Assembly (NCBI GenBank): GCA_022605425.2
Contig: JAKIMF020000004.1
Span: 744,001-808,000, forward strand
Direction: 5' to 3'
From: Hamiltosporidium tvaerminnensis FI-OER-3-3
Lineage: Eukaryota > Fungi > Microsporidia
DNA: 64,000 nt
Both the position numbers and the translations under genes were made by a program. This document shows positions 50,131 through 64,000 of this stretch, piece by piece. The notes under the pieces are model-generated. The model had not been told where the DNA came from, ran no database searches, and saw nothing but the letters and a program-made list of their open reading frames with translations. How positions within the stretch are numbered: the stretch's first letter is position 1; the number at the start of each line of letters is the position of its first letter.

Positions 50131-52399
50131 AGTTATGGTGTTTCCTAATAAAAAAAATTGAAACTATTGCATGTTTTGTATCTTTTTTTACATTATCATT
50201 TTTTTAAAAAAATCTTTTTATTAAACTCAAATTTAATCTATAAAAGTTTGTTCTAATATATTTATATAAGTGCCAAAAATAGTGGTATAGAGATCGGAGT
50301 ATAGATCTTTGTTGCAAACAACGATGTAGAATTTTTTTCACTTGTATTAAGGACTCGATTCTTATAAATACTTGAGGTTAATAAAAGATTTTAGACCGTC
50401 TTACTGGTAGTTAATTCGAAGAAATATACACGAAACTAATATCAAAAGTTAGAAAATGTTTTTGTGTTAAATAAAATGCATGAACTTTAATAGCAACCAA
50501 TGAAATTTTAGTAAGCATCTTTTTGAGAGGACCTGGCTAATGTCTTGGTGTCAAATGTTATAGAGTGGGTTAGTATTTTTGAGAAAAAAGAAAGCATGTC
50601 TAGGAAGCAAGGAGCCCTTTCAGCACGATTTAATAGAAGTTGTAAAATTTTGATACAATGTTGAGCTGGGAAGTCAATATATGTTTGGCAAGTCTTTTAT
50701 CGAGCAGAGCAAACAAAGAATTTTGAATGGAATAACGGCAGTCTTAAGATATGTAACTCTAATGAACACCAAATTGTTCCAACAATAGTCATCTAGTTAA
50801 GTATAGGATAAAAGAGTTACTAAAAAGAAATTGGGAAACATTCAACGGACAATTGTATGTAACAAATGAAGTGCAATAATGTATGGGAACCAAGCAAAAC
50901 CCCAAAGTAAGAAATAATAGTATTATAGTTTTTCAATAGTCTAAGAAAGCAAGAGTTCGATTACACAACGAGGGAAAATTTTGCTATGTTCATAACATAA
51001 ATGTATTTTAAAAAACAGAAGAAAATTGCAGCACTTTGAAATCTGATAGGAATTGAGCAAATAATAATCTAGGTGTAAAATGCTTCTATAAGTATGTAAA
51101 AAAAACATGCTGATGCGAACAAAAGCATCGTTCATGTTTTAAGTAAATAAAACATAAGCCTTGAAAGCGAATTATGAGACACTTCTGTTTAAAAAATAGA
51201 TATTTGGAAATTAAACCGGTTATAATACTAAAAATGGTAGTAAAATGACAATGAATATTTATATTCTACTTTATAAAAAAAGCCGAATAGATTCTTTTGT
51301 TGAACTAGCTTTTACTTTACAAAACTCACTTTAACTTAAGGGAAATAACAAAGCACGAAAGAATGACAGATTGGCTGACAGCCGAAAATTATTTATTTAT
51401 GTGTGCCTTATGATAGTTTCTAGGTTAAATGTTGCCTGTATTATGAGGTCATACCTCAAAACTACCTTGGAAAGCTTTACATACACGTAAGAATTGAAAC
51501 CTGCATTTAGCCTATAAATCTCAAAAACACAGTCGAATCTATTTATACAATTGTCTTATTTTAGACAGACCCATATTATACCACCTCTCCTTAATATTTT
51601 CTTGGCCAAACGTCGAATTCAGCAAATCACAACATCTTCTCGATCTGAATTATGCTAAAAAAATGTATTTATGCTTTTCTAGATGAAAAGGCACAAGTTT
51701 TGCGATATCTAAATCATTTTGTGAGGAATAAAATAATTTATAAGCTTGCAATTGTTTAAGTGAAAAATTGATTGGATAAATTAAAAAGAATGATTCACAA
51801 TAAAATTAACTGTCGAACCTATTTCAAAACTAAATTATAATAAATAAAAAATACATTTAACAGATCAATTTTTTTATACAAACTTTCTTGTAATGAAAGG
51901 TTCGTTTTTTTTTCTTATATTCATGCCTCGGAGGAAAAATACATTTAATCTTTTAAGGTAATTTTTTTTTCAAAATGAAATGTAGTGTGGCAAATATGGA
52001 ATTAGAAGGAATTAAAAAACGTAAAAATTTTTGAAAATTCATCATCCAATAAGAATAGCAATCAGAAAAAATGGGTTTAAACTACCAGTCGATATATACA
52101 TCGAAAATTGTAAGTATATATGACGCTTGTTAAAAACACCATCAACGAAGGGATGCAAATCATATTGAAGGGAAGAAACCCAATGTTTCTGCTTCTATAC
52201 ATCTTCCTGAAAATATTGATATAAAAGTTATGTATTCGGAAACCAAAAGAAAATACTATAGATTTAAGCGGAGAGGGGAGATGTATTTGTTAAAAAGTAG
52301 CTATATTTCCAGCATTATCAACCTGCGAAACGAAACAATCTAGTTCAGACAATACTTGGAAATTTCCATGAAAATGAATTCAGATGGATCTTTTTTATA

Positions 52400-52835
52400 T
52401 GCAGAATCCCCAACAGATAATTACAGCTATGTATGAATCTTAGATATCTTGGATGTACATTTTAGATTTCTATTTTAGGTAATATTGCAAACAAATTCAG
52501 CAGCTGGTTTTATAAACAAGCTTGAAGATCTTATGTATCCTGAACGATGGGCTTCTAGAATCCACAAACAGATAAGGGAAAAGAGTTTGTAAAGGAACGA
52601 ATAAAACAAATATGTGCCAATAAAAGCATTTCTTTTATTACCAGGAGTGCAACGTAGTTCGAAATTAAGGAAAAGTCGAGAAAGGCAACCAAGAAATTAT
52701 ACGCAAGCTTACTATAAATTTTAAATCATCTAGATGAAAAATATTGATCGATCTATATAATAAAATCGTACTTAGTCACAATCAAATCAGATTCAGAGAA
52801 ATAATCATAACGCCAATGGAAACATTTAGAGGTCT
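52400..52835 (+). pseudogene. Degenerate DDE (rve) integrase relic
   Basis: Across shifts and stops: ILDILDVHFRFLF, TNSAAGFINKL, TDKGKEFVKERIKQIC, GKVEKGNQEIIRKL, IVLSHNQ..TPMETFRG. The order and spacing match the rve core. Confidence 0.7.
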
Positions 52836-55800
52836 TATAGCCAAAAATGCTGTTAAATACGAAGAATTAGCATACAATGAAGAATATTCTTCAAGTCCAT
52901 AATTCAAGGAATATCTGGAAAATGAACACGAACCATCAAAATGTCATTTGATTAAGATCAAGTGATAAAAAAGATAAAGTTTCTAATAAAATAGATATTT
53001 TTACAACGATGTGACTTAAACATAGAGACATATAGGTAACAAGTATAAAAAATGATGCAAATTTACCTTTCTTTACTTAAATTTTATTCCTGGTTATGTA
53101 AAGCGACTAAAGAGATATGCCAAATAACAATCAAAGGACCCAAAAATGTAAAATTGTTGGCTTCTATGAGGAAAAGTTTTAGAAAATGGTTGCTAAGGCA
53201 TGTTATGATATCCTTTTAATATATGTGAAGGAGACCAAAAATTTTACAAAACTCGTATTAAGAAGCACCATTATGATAGATTATCTCATATTGGCAACTA
53301 AATCAATAATTAAACCCCCATGCATTAACACATATGGTTTATATCTTTTAGAGTAATGTTTTTCTATGTTTTTTCTTCGTTTTAATTTCTTGATCACTGT
53401 TTTGTTGTGTTTCTACTAGTATATTTTTCATAATATAAAACAAAAAGAAAATATGTAAAATATTTAGGATGAAAAATCGTTTAAAAAGAGTTAGAGTGAA
53501 TATTTTTTTTTACAAAACGGAAAACATATAAGGTTTTAGAGCTTTCTATGGATTTATTTCTATGGTTGTGGAATAAGTAATAGTTTTGGAATGGGTTTGA
53601 CAATTAATTTCATTAATTGTTTAAAAACTTTAATTTTAATTATACTTTATCTATATTTTTTTCAATTCAGTTAATTTTAATAAATAGAATTTCCGAGAAA
53701 AAATGAAAGATAGTAGTTACAGCAATAGGAATAAAAGCAAAGAAAGACGCAGTCATTTGTTATTGAGTCAAATAATATGGTGATTTTTCTATTATAATGA
53801 ACCCATAACATTCTTTTAAGAAAAAATATTTAAGCCCATTTAGAAACGAACCATTTTCGGAATTACTGGAGATTTGCTGCAAGTTTACAATAGAAGAAAA
53901 ATGACGTTGAAAATGCGAGTTAAAATTTTAAAAATTGTTGTTTAAGAAAGATGATACTGCAAAGAAAAAACAATCCGAATTGGTTTTCATACAGCTCGGT
54001 AACAGCCAAAAATAGTAAAACTTTTACGGGCGGTGGGGCAATTTAATTGGTATAATCGCTAAAGCATTAAAAATGTGCCTGAAAATTTTAAGGCATTTAA
54101 AAACATCCGTTTGTTTACAAATACAGCATCAAAAAGCCGAGCCTATTGCAGAAAATACAATTACATACTTTTATGACAATAACAAACAATTTGAATGTTT
54201 TTTATTGCTCTGTTGGGTTCAAATGTGTTCAGATATAGCACAAGCGTTGTTTTCCCTCTAAGAGAGGATCATAATTGAAAGTATATGATAACCTGTTAGA
54301 CGTTCTAAGCATTACACCACGACCACAAAATAAGATATCCATACAGAAGTTGAAATATCTATAAGAAGAAAAATTATTGAAGAAAAATGTGAAGTCTCTT
54401 ACAAATACTTGAGAAAAAATAGTGCAGCCATTACTATCAGATTAAAGGCATAGAAGATGATATTGTTCTAACCCATTGATTTTTACTAAATAGTTGTTAT
54501 ATGGAAAATGTTTAGACATATCTAAAGTTTTAAGTTTAGTCCCAACAACCTCGAAGTATATAGGATCGCAAGTCCTCAATCACCGCCGATTCCATGTGTT
54601 CCTCCAAAAACCGGAATGAATGATTAACTGTATTTTGATGCTGTTTTTATGGTTTCTGTCAAAAGTTTTTCAAAATTAGAAGAATAATAGAAATTTTTAA
54701 ACTAAAGAAATCCTTTCATTACTAATTTACAAAGCAATGAATGCTTTATAGTTTTTCATTATTCATTTTTACAAAAATATGAGTAATATAAATTAAAGAT
54801 CGAAAAAATTGAATTAGAATCTGTCTCAATTACACACATGTGTTAAATTATACAGTCAAAATATTCTTTTATGATCCTCAAATAAATATAAATTTAATGA
54901 CTCATTTAAAAATGTTCTAAACATTTGGTAAACAAACAGAGACACTATTTCTGAGCAAGTTTATATTAGAAATTTTAGATAACTTGAAAAAAAATTTTGA
55001 ATTCGGGTTTTTCTGCTATCAATTTTATAGCGACGATATTAAATTTTCAAAAATAATAATAATGCTGAGTTCTAACTCTGCCCGGATCTTTAAATGAGAT
55101 ATTAGATTTGTAATGAAGCAAGATTTAAAAAAACACATTAAATTTTATCATTACAGGAAATTTATAAGGTCTTTCGACTCAAAATTAAATGTGACAAATG
55201 TGCTCTAATTCTTATTATTGCCTTCCAAATAACCTATCTGTGTGGATAAAAATTGCTCTTAATGAAGAAAGAAATTATTTTTACAGATCTACATAAACTC
55301 CACTTGAATTCGCTATTGATAATTTCTACTTGTAAATTCTTTCCAAATTTTAACAAATGATTTGTGTTAAATAATACTACAACTATTTCCTCGGTAAGAA
55401 GTTATTCAATTGGTTGTGTAGTTTTTCGGTGATAAGAAACGAAAAATCTCTATAATGTTAAAAAAAGGTTAAAATCTAAATAATTTTTTCGGTATATGAA
55501 TTAATAATAAGAATTATCTATATTTGTAATCTTTTATCTACAATTTATTTTTAGGTATTTATTCAAATTGCCTATTCATAAAGGAGCCGATCAACAAAAA
55601 AAAATTGAAGCAAGCCAGATTTAGGTAGTTTCCTAGCTTTTGACCGTATTTAGAGACTTCTGCTATGAAGAATTCGAAAAAACAATTTAGTAAGTCAATT
55701 ATATAATTAAGTAGTGATAAAAAGCCAAGATATGATATAACCCAAAAAAAAATATTGATGATACAAAAAATTTAAATATTTTTTAGTAAATTAGAACAGT

Positions 55801-56321
55801 AATCATAATTAAAAAAGGACCGAGTCTAAAAACACCAGAATGTGTATAAAGTTTAGAAAACTATAAATAAACATAATATCGATAATTAACCAATATCAAT
55901 CTTTGAAGAGGTTTTTTCTAAAAGTGGTTTAGTTTAAAAATTTAAGTTTCCTTTGCGCAATAAGATTTTATGAATTTTCAGAATTTTTACTCTCCGTTTT
56001 ATTATTTAAATCTTACATTTTTTTCGTTTACCAAATACTGATTTATAGCGGTATTTTTTAGGTATACCAATCTAATTAATTTTCTAATTTTAGAAAGCTA
56101 ATATATTGGAATTGACTAAGAATTAAAAACGAAAAATTATATTAAGTATGAATGAAGATTTCTTGAAAAAAATGATGTGTAATCTTATAGACTCTATAAA
56201 AAGATTTTAATTTATAAATTTTGATAAAAAAAAGTGATAAATTAACTAAAAAAATATTTTGTGTAAATTTATATTGTTCTAGAAATTATAAATAAGAAAT
56301 TATTTTACAACCAAGAAGCCC

Positions 56322-58229
56322 ATGTTCGTTTGTTTTATGTATTTTATGAAATGTTTTTCAGCAGCTTATGAAGAAGTAACAAGCGAATGTATCGAAAATG
56401 TCTATGAAGAACTAACAAGAGAAAGGTTGGAAAAGGACCATGCAGAGGTATCAAAGGTTTATGACGAAAACGACTATGAAAAAATTTCTGAATTGGGTTT
56501 GTATACGAATCCAAGAGACTGTATAGAAAATTTAAGGTTCCAGATACAAACGGAAAAAATTATTACAAAAAACATTGTTTTTTCTTATGATACATCACCA
56601 TTTGATCTATATGAGAGTTATTCTGACATTTCATTTAGAAAAATATTTCAGAACATCATAAATTTTTATGAAAAAAACGACCTTAAAACTGTTTTAAAGC
56701 GTGAAAATGAAACATTTAATGCCAAATCTAAACTGTTCTGTATACTTAAATCTTTGAAAACTTCAATATTTTTGCTTAGGAAGATTCCATTTGTAACAGA
56801 TCAATATCTTATTTATAATAGTAAAATTTTTGCTTTTTGGTATGGGCTTTTTTATATGAATACTAAAGAGCAAAATAAAGATGGTGATTTTCTTCATTTC
56901 AGTTTTCAAAAACAGTTTTATTTGGAAAATTTTATTATTATCGATTGTTTTTTGCACAAAAGTGATTTATTTGATATTTTTAATGAATTTTTATCAACAA
57001 ATTACAAAATTTCTTTGAATAAAAATTTAAATTATATTGAAATGATAATTGAAAAGGCTCTAATAGAAAATTCCGATTCTACATTTTTAATTGCAGAGGA
57101 ATTGTGTAAAATGGCTTCGCATAATTTTTCTATTTTATTTTTGAGTATTCTAACATATTTTCATTGGGGATCATCGACATATCGAAATAGTAGAATTTTC
57201 TTAGATCAAATTGCTCGTAACGAGATTATTGATATTTACAAAAAATTGGAAATATACCTTGAGGATCGAATTAATTTAATAAATTTGGTGTGTCTTAACA
57301 TTGGCTGGGATGTTACATGCTATTTATTTAACGTATATGGACTAGGTGTTGATACTTGGTTTGAGAGCTATAAACTTGCTTCCCAGAAATGCGTTATACA
57401 TTTCAAATTGCCATTTACGAAAATCTCGTTCCATGTTAGTGACAACATAAAAAATCATTTAGTAATATTGAATTCCTCAATAACTGGATTATCACGTATT
57501 CATAGCGAATTAACTAAAGTAAAAATTAGATTCTTGGTTTATATACTAATGAGTTTAAATTTAGATCCAGAAGATGATGAACTATGTATCATTTTAAAAC
57601 TTTATTTAACTTATGGTATGGTTTTATACAATCTAGATTCAATAAATCTTACAGATAATTTGAATTTAAAGAATAATAATTTTATAAACTGGCTTTCTTA
57701 TATTAACTCGGCACTGAATGGATTCTATCATCTAAGAATTTCTGTTTATACTAAATTTTTATGTGCGAAAAAATTATTCACTCTTATATTAGTAATGATT
57801 ATTAGTTTGGAAATAGATTATAAAACCAAATTAAATTTCCAGGGCTTAATTGAAAAGCTGTTGATATCTCTGAAGATGCATGGGTTTGATATATGTGCGA
57901 ACTTACTAAAGGAAGATAGTGAAAAACTTCAAAATAATAGGATATTTAATGATAAATTTTTTCCATTTTATTATAATGCTTTGGTTGTATGTAAAAACTC
58001 TGGTTTTGAGGATTTTGAAGTTTTTTTGTCAAATATCGCTGACATGAAAAATTTGCTGTTTGTCAATCTTTCTTCTGAATTAGAAAATGAAGATGTAATT
58101 AACTTGCCTAAACCACATGACAGGGAAATATGTTGGGAAAAATATTCGTCACATTTACGCATAGTTTCGAAAGATTTTCGAAATTTAGAAAATAAATATA
58201 GAAATCTTACGCTAATTAAATTTATCTGA
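56322..58229 (+). CDS. Large hypothetical protein (635 aa), possible signal peptide
   Basis: Long uninterrupted ORF with GCCC-ATG start and a hydrophobic N-terminus. No family recognised. Confidence 0.85.
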   Translation: MFVCFMYFMKCFSAAYEEVTSECIENVYEELTRERLEKDHAEVSKVYDENDYEKISELGLYTNPRDCIENLRFQIQTEKIITKNIVFSYDTSPFDLYESYSDISFRKIFQNIINFYEKNDLKTVLKRENETFNAKSKLFCILKSLKTSIFLLRKIPFVTDQYLIYNSKIFAFWYGLFYMNTKEQNKDGDFLHFSFQKQFYLENFIIIDCFLHKSDLFDIFNEFLSTNYKISLNKNLNYIEMIIEKALIENSDSTFLIAEELCKMASHNFSILFLSILTYFHWGSSTYRNSRIFLDQIARNEIIDIYKKLEIYLEDRINLINLVCLNIGWDVTCYLFNVYGLGVDTWFESYKLASQKCVIHFKLPFTKISFHVSDNIKNHLVILNSSITGLSRIHSELTKVKIRFLVYILMSLNLDPEDDELCIILKLYLTYGMVLYNLDSINLTDNLNLKNNNFINWLSYINSALNGFYHLRISVYTKFLCAKKLFTLILVMIISLEIDYKTKLNFQGLIEKLLISLKMHGFDICANLLKEDSEKLQNNRIFNDKFFPFYYNALVVCKNSGFEDFEVFLSNIADMKNLLFVNLSSELENEDVINLPKPHDREICWEKYSSHLRIVSKDFRNLENKYRNLTLIKFI

Positions 58230-61200
58230 ATGATTTTCAATACAAAAAAGGTTTGAGTTAAGACTAAATGAAATAATTCTTTGTACGTAAATATCAATTG
58301 CAACGAAATCTTAAATGATTTATTTTTGTATCCTTAAGAGGAATTCTTGCTATTTTATATTGTCTACCAATGTGCAAAAAGAATATATTTAGAGAACAAA
58401 AAGAATTCATTTTACAAAAACTTTTTTTCTAATAAATAAAAGTTTATTTATACGCCTAAATTCGTGATTCTTGGTTTTCTTTCTCTTATTTTTGAATTCG
58501 GTGATTTTTTAACTTTTTATTTGAGCTAATATTTTAGAGAAAATTAGCGTGACAATTCGATATTGTGAAGAAATTTAACTAGAAAATATTTTTTGTAAAA
58601 GAACATACTTTTTAGGTGTAAATATGATACATTTGGGGTATGCTTGCGGGAAATAGGAGACTTCTTTAAAAAATAAAGAAATCTTTGTTTAAAATGATAA
58701 TTTTTTACAAAACGGAAGGAAATTTTTTGAGAAGCAATCTCCAGGAATTATTTATAAATACACGCAATATTAAATTTCATCTATTTATCTGATTTCAAAA
58801 GCATACAGGCAATTATAAAAATCAAAACATGAGCTATCAGTTTTTTGGATAGAGAGTGGATAATATGCTTGAAACATTTAACTTGCACAAAATATCAATG
58901 CTAGGAGCATCTTTCGAGCAATATACTTTATTTCACAGCCTATCCATCCGTATCAATGTACAAATTATTATATTGATCAAAAGAAATATATCATTAAAGC
59001 CAACAAATTTAAATGATTCTTAAACGGTTTGAAATTGATATTCGATTCAATGATTTTGCTTGGGTGGCGAAATAAACAACGAAAGCTATCTATTTGCCAA
59101 AATATTTTTTTAAAAAAAAATGATAAATAGAGAGAGATAAACAGTTATTTGCACTGTTTTTCTAAGATTCAGTAATGCTGGGTTCGTAAGAAGAGGGCTT
59201 AGACATCTAGAAAACCTAAGTTGGGTCGCAAATATTGATTAAACATCGTAAAAAAGATATTGATAGCATTCTTTAACCACAAAAAAAGCCAATAAGTATG
59301 TCTTTATGTAATTATTTTTGAAATAGTAATTTAAGCAAGTAGTTCTCGATGTGGACAATCAATACTGAGATTAAGAAACTTATGTTTTTTAATATTGTGT
59401 CTTTTTGAATCAATCAAATTAAAAACGGGAGTTTTCGAAATCCGCCCAAGTAACCAGTTATTACAACACAATTAAGAATTTACTGAGAAAATAAACAATG
59501 TTTCCGTTGATAGCAATTTTACGCAACGTCCTTTAATTTCGGTTCCTATAAAGCTGATATGAAGCAAAAGACGCATATAATATAGAATAATCAACCATGC
59601 TGATGTTAAATGTCATATTAATCAGTTAAATCTTAGAGATAGAACATTATCAGAGATATTTAAAAAATATACTTCATGAAAAAAAAATATTGAATACCTA
59701 TTAATAAATTGGGCTGAACTATTACTGCTAAAATCAGCACTTACGATTTTAGAGTCACTTAGGAAAAGTATTCCGTAAAAATAAAACTAATATATAAAAC
59801 AGCTAATAAATTGGCAAAATAATACGGATGTTCCTATCGTTTATTTATTAAATTCTTTTATCTAACTGAAATGTTCTCATATGTTAAATCGAAATAAATG
59901 AGTAGTAGGTTTTCAATCTATATTTTGATTATCGTTTCGACTTTTAATTTTAATAATTCACTCTGATGCACAAAGCATATAATTATACCTTCACCGAAAT
60001 CTATAGAAATTTGAAATCGACCATATTATTTAGATAGGGTTGGGTGTTGATTCAAAGCCAGAGCAAGCAAAGAGAAAAAACCTTATCGGAAGAATTAAAC
60101 CAGAAATAATTACTTTTTTAATTATAAATGAACGATTTCATACTATAAGAGCCACGAGAGTATCAGATAAATGATATTATTTATGATAAAAATATACTAT
60201 AAAGCATTAATCAATTTAATTGGGAAAAATATTTATCTTTTGCAAAATGATTAAAGTTTTTTTTAAAATAAAGATTGAAAAAAAAGCAATACCTATTACC
60301 GACAAATTGTGACATTTAAACCTACAGAAACACGCATTCTATATTAAAGAACAGTTCTATGGTCTCTGATAAAATAATTAGACATCCTAAATAAACGATA
60401 TATGCAATTATTAAAGATTGCAATCCTAAGACAACCTTTTTAATATAAAATACCCTTTATAAATGTGAATATTTTGTGTATAAAAATCCATGACTTATAG
60501 AATCAGATCCGATATAAATCCGATATAGCAACATCTATATTATTATTTCGAATATAAATTCTATGAATCGAATTACAACAGCGCCTAAAAAAAATTTTGA
60601 AGTAGGACTTAACTAAGAAGGCAACTAAAGAGTCAAAATTGTTTTGCAATATTATGGGATTAATGTTCGAATTGACTCAATGCAGATTATTCTAAAGTAT
60701 AATAGATTGTGTTCTACAAAACAAAATAGAATTTGGAATTAAACAACTATGTTAAATCTCAATATTACATCAAATATGTTATTTTATCAGCCACTTCTAT
60801 ATGCATGAAGAATAACATATAGATATAAAATAGAAGAGAATTTGTGGAAAAAATTCTAGTCTAAATAGAAACTCTTGAAAAAATGATAGATATAAGCATC
60901 AAATATTGTTAGATTTGGTCTATGAGCATTCTTATTCATACTAACTGTTATTTGCAAATGCTATGGAAATCATAGAAGCTTGGGATTATTTTTTTGATAA
61001 GGAATCATATAAAAAATGTCAAACTGGCATTTAGTACAACAAGGAAACCGGTTTTGACTTATATGTATATATTAGCCCTATAATCGGACGCATATATATA
61101 TACTTACTTTTACAAAAAATGATTTAGAATAGCATGTTTAGATTGGTTTAGTGTAATTAAATAAAAAATTAATTCCAAAGTTTAAGTACAAAATAAAATT

Positions 61201-61237
61201 TTTAATTTTCTTAATTCCGAACAATAGTATATAAAAG

Positions 61238-61406
61238 TGCCGTAATTTTGGGGAAAGCAGCTAAGTTTGAAGTACATCTCTAACAAAGAGATCGTCTTTC
61301 TGCTCTCTGTTCTTTTGTTATGCTGAAAATAATTGTTTCTTTAAATAAAACTATTGTCTTTATTGGATTTATTCAGCTCGTCCTTCCTTTTCTAATTTTA
61401 AAATAT
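61238..61406. repeat. ~170-bp dispersed repeat X, copy 2
   Basis: Aligns with 46241-46410. Confidence 0.8.
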
Positions 61407-61418
61407 GACTTTTTAGAA

Positions 61419-62146
61419 CTTTATTTAAGCGAATCACATCTTTTTAAAACAGTGGCGAGTGTTATATTTGTTTTTATGACATTAACGCAGTTCTAGGTTT
61501 AACATAAATGACTGCTACCCCAACATTCCATCGGTAACCCTTGCGATACCTACGTCCCAAAGCCTTTCATCTGCCAGGTGTGTAGAACCTAATTAATAGG
61601 CGAGGTTGTTGCCCGGAGTTCGTTAATGTCCGTTGCATGGAGTGTGATCGAAGGCCGAAGCCCCCCCTGGGCTCCCCCAAGACTATGCAGCATTCCCACT
61701 TACTCTACACTTTCTGAACCCAATAAACTTCTAGCTAAGATATATTTCAGAGATTTACATGGGATCCACCTAGACAGTGCAATGTCATACCAACAGGTAT
61801 AACCTGCTACTTAGCCTTCCTGGCTCTAAATGGTTTTTATTTTTATATCTCCCAGGCGCTAAGTCTTCTAACCCGAGTAAGCAAGGCTAGGTTTCCATGC
61901 TTTTACATGGCAATTACCTACATGTTCAGCTGCGGTTTGCAATTTGGTTACATAAAAAACTACAAATAAATTCGTAGAAAAAGTTTCACCATTTCTTAGA
62001 CCTCTCCTCCTCATAACAACTCCCATGGAACAACCGAAGATGTAGTGTGGTTTTATTCCCACCAAAAATCCAAACAATGATCTCACACCAGTTTCACACA
62101 CTCATTGCCAAGCAGAAAGTTTTTTATGTGGTTATCCTCCCTCCAC
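61419..62146 (-). mobile_element. ~730-bp structured non-coding element, full-length canonical copy
   Basis: The reverse complement of the consensus from CTTTATTTAAG to GTGGTTATCCTCCCTCCAC. No clean TSD seen. Confidence 0.95.
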
Positions 62147-64000
62147 AATTAAAATATAAAATAAATATCTTAAGTAATTACATAATCAAAGCTGATCAGG
62201 TAGATTTTATTTACAAATATAAATTACATGATGAAATTATGTAGGTTTATTATATATTTTTAAACAAAAATCATAAATAATTGTGTATTAAAAGTATTTA
62301 AATGCTTTTATATAGAATACATTTCAAGCAACATATTCTTGTTTTAAAAAAAATTAAACCATCAAGGTTTATTTTTCAATTAAAAGCTCTTCGAGTAGTA
62401 TTTTAATTTTTGTAAAAATATATTTACAGCTTTCCACAAATATTTTAATTGTATTTTATAGACTATATTTTTAATAATGGGATATAATCTGTTTTTATAT
62501 AGCTTATTTAATACATAAAATGTACCTTTTGCTATGCTTGCTTTCATAGTGTTTTAATGTAAAAAAAATTTGCGAATACTTGTATACAAAATCATAGGTA
62601 CCTCATGAAATCATCTTGCGTCTAGCTAGCTCGTATTAAACGATTAACCAACAAAAATATTAAAAGACCTAATTTCATCACTGATAGAAGTCGAAAAAAA
62701 CCATAAATTTACACATTATATTTCCTTAATTAAACATATTAATTTATAATATTTCAGATAGAATATGTTACTTATAAAGTATAATTCCAAACAAAGAAAA
62801 AACAATCTAATATTAAAAGCCGAAAAAGGCATAAGTAAGACAGTCGAAAAATAAATTGCAATAATTTTTCTTTGCCTTCAATTATGATATCTTGTTTAAA
62901 AGTAAGAATTCTCAATAAGGTTAAAATATACAAGGTACGGTATCATTCATTATAAAATGCTTTTTTTTATTCCGCATCACATTATATATGAACTTTACTC
63001 TAATTTGAGGTTTTTAACTCAGTTCTAGAATACATTTTAGCAACAAATACTATTTGAATTTTTAATTACATTAATTTATAATGCTATTTATAATATATTC
63101 TTGTACTTAAAATGAAGAGACTGATCTAAAATCCTTTTAAATTCGTTAATATTCTAAAAGAACTTTCCATACGACTTGTTTGATGTGGTGGAGGCAGTTT
63201 TAATGGTAAGTATGCGACTTGCTTATCAAATGAAACAAAACAAATTACTTCATGGGCCTAAGAGACATAATACTCTGATAAACTACCAGGTAAGAGCGAT
63301 TCGGCTCGATTCCTCAAATATGAACTTATATAGAATGGTTTATGTATTATATTTAAGTAAATAAATGTGGAAAAAATACAACGTTGAGTCCAATTTAATG
63401 AGAGAAATGAAAGAGCTATATGGTGGTCAAGCTTACAAAGATATTTAGGTTATATCTATTATATTTTTTGTACCAATTAAGGCACGCGAATGAGAAAGCT
63501 CGAATATGAAAGAGCAAAACTTCAATTTGAAGATTTCATAGACGCTAAAATAATAACAATATTAATTATAGTCAGAACATTAATCTAAAAATAAAATCAC
63601 CTAATGGTCTGTTTACGTTTATACAATAAGATACAAACCATAATTTCCTTGATGTCTAGTAAAAAGCCAATTTATTGGCTCGAACTAATTACAAAAGTTT
63701 TTTAAATGTGGCAATTGCACGCTTTTCAAGGTAGGAAAGACTTTTATATTCAAAATATACGTTATTTTTAGTTGAAGAAAGTAAATCTTAATTCTCGTAA
63801 TATTGTTAAAAATTTGTAAATTTATTTGTAGATTGGCCGAAATTTGACTAAAATTAACTAGTTTACACTCTAAAATTTCTTTTTATCAACTTATTTGCTT
63901 CAAAATTAAGAGCATCTTCATGTTTCCCAAGAAATGTGATTTATAGTTTTTAAATAGTTTTGAGCTCAAATATCAGTGAATAAACTCAATCTGAATAGAA

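Overview
Very AT-rich, gene-sparse eukaryotic DNA with no obvious introns. It is most consistent with a large-genome microsporidian, probably Hamiltosporidium-like. This is inferred from the divergent alpha-tubulin, CCC motifs just before ATGs, and lineage-specific secreted and LRR families. Recognisable genes are alpha-tubulin, an Arp4-like actin-related protein and CTU1/NCS6. There are also several hypothetical proteins, a four-member secreted-protein family (one intact, three disrupted) and a disrupted LRR-like gene. Mobile DNA comprises two disrupted RLE-endonuclease (R4/Dong-like) non-LTR retrotransposons, a tandem array of that LINE's 3' terminus, an RTE-like bipartite remnant and an rve integrase relic. 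The most striking feature is a ~730-bp non-coding interspersed element with about 11 copies or fragments. It folds into an extensive RNA structure (UUCG hairpins, long-range stems, a pseudoknot) with compensatory changes between copies. It has variable-length target-site duplications (28, 12 and 11 bp) and a 5'-truncated copy, but no tRNA/5S head or poly(A) tail. It is a candidate undescribed structured-RNA retroposon, possibly mobilised by the resident RLE LINE.
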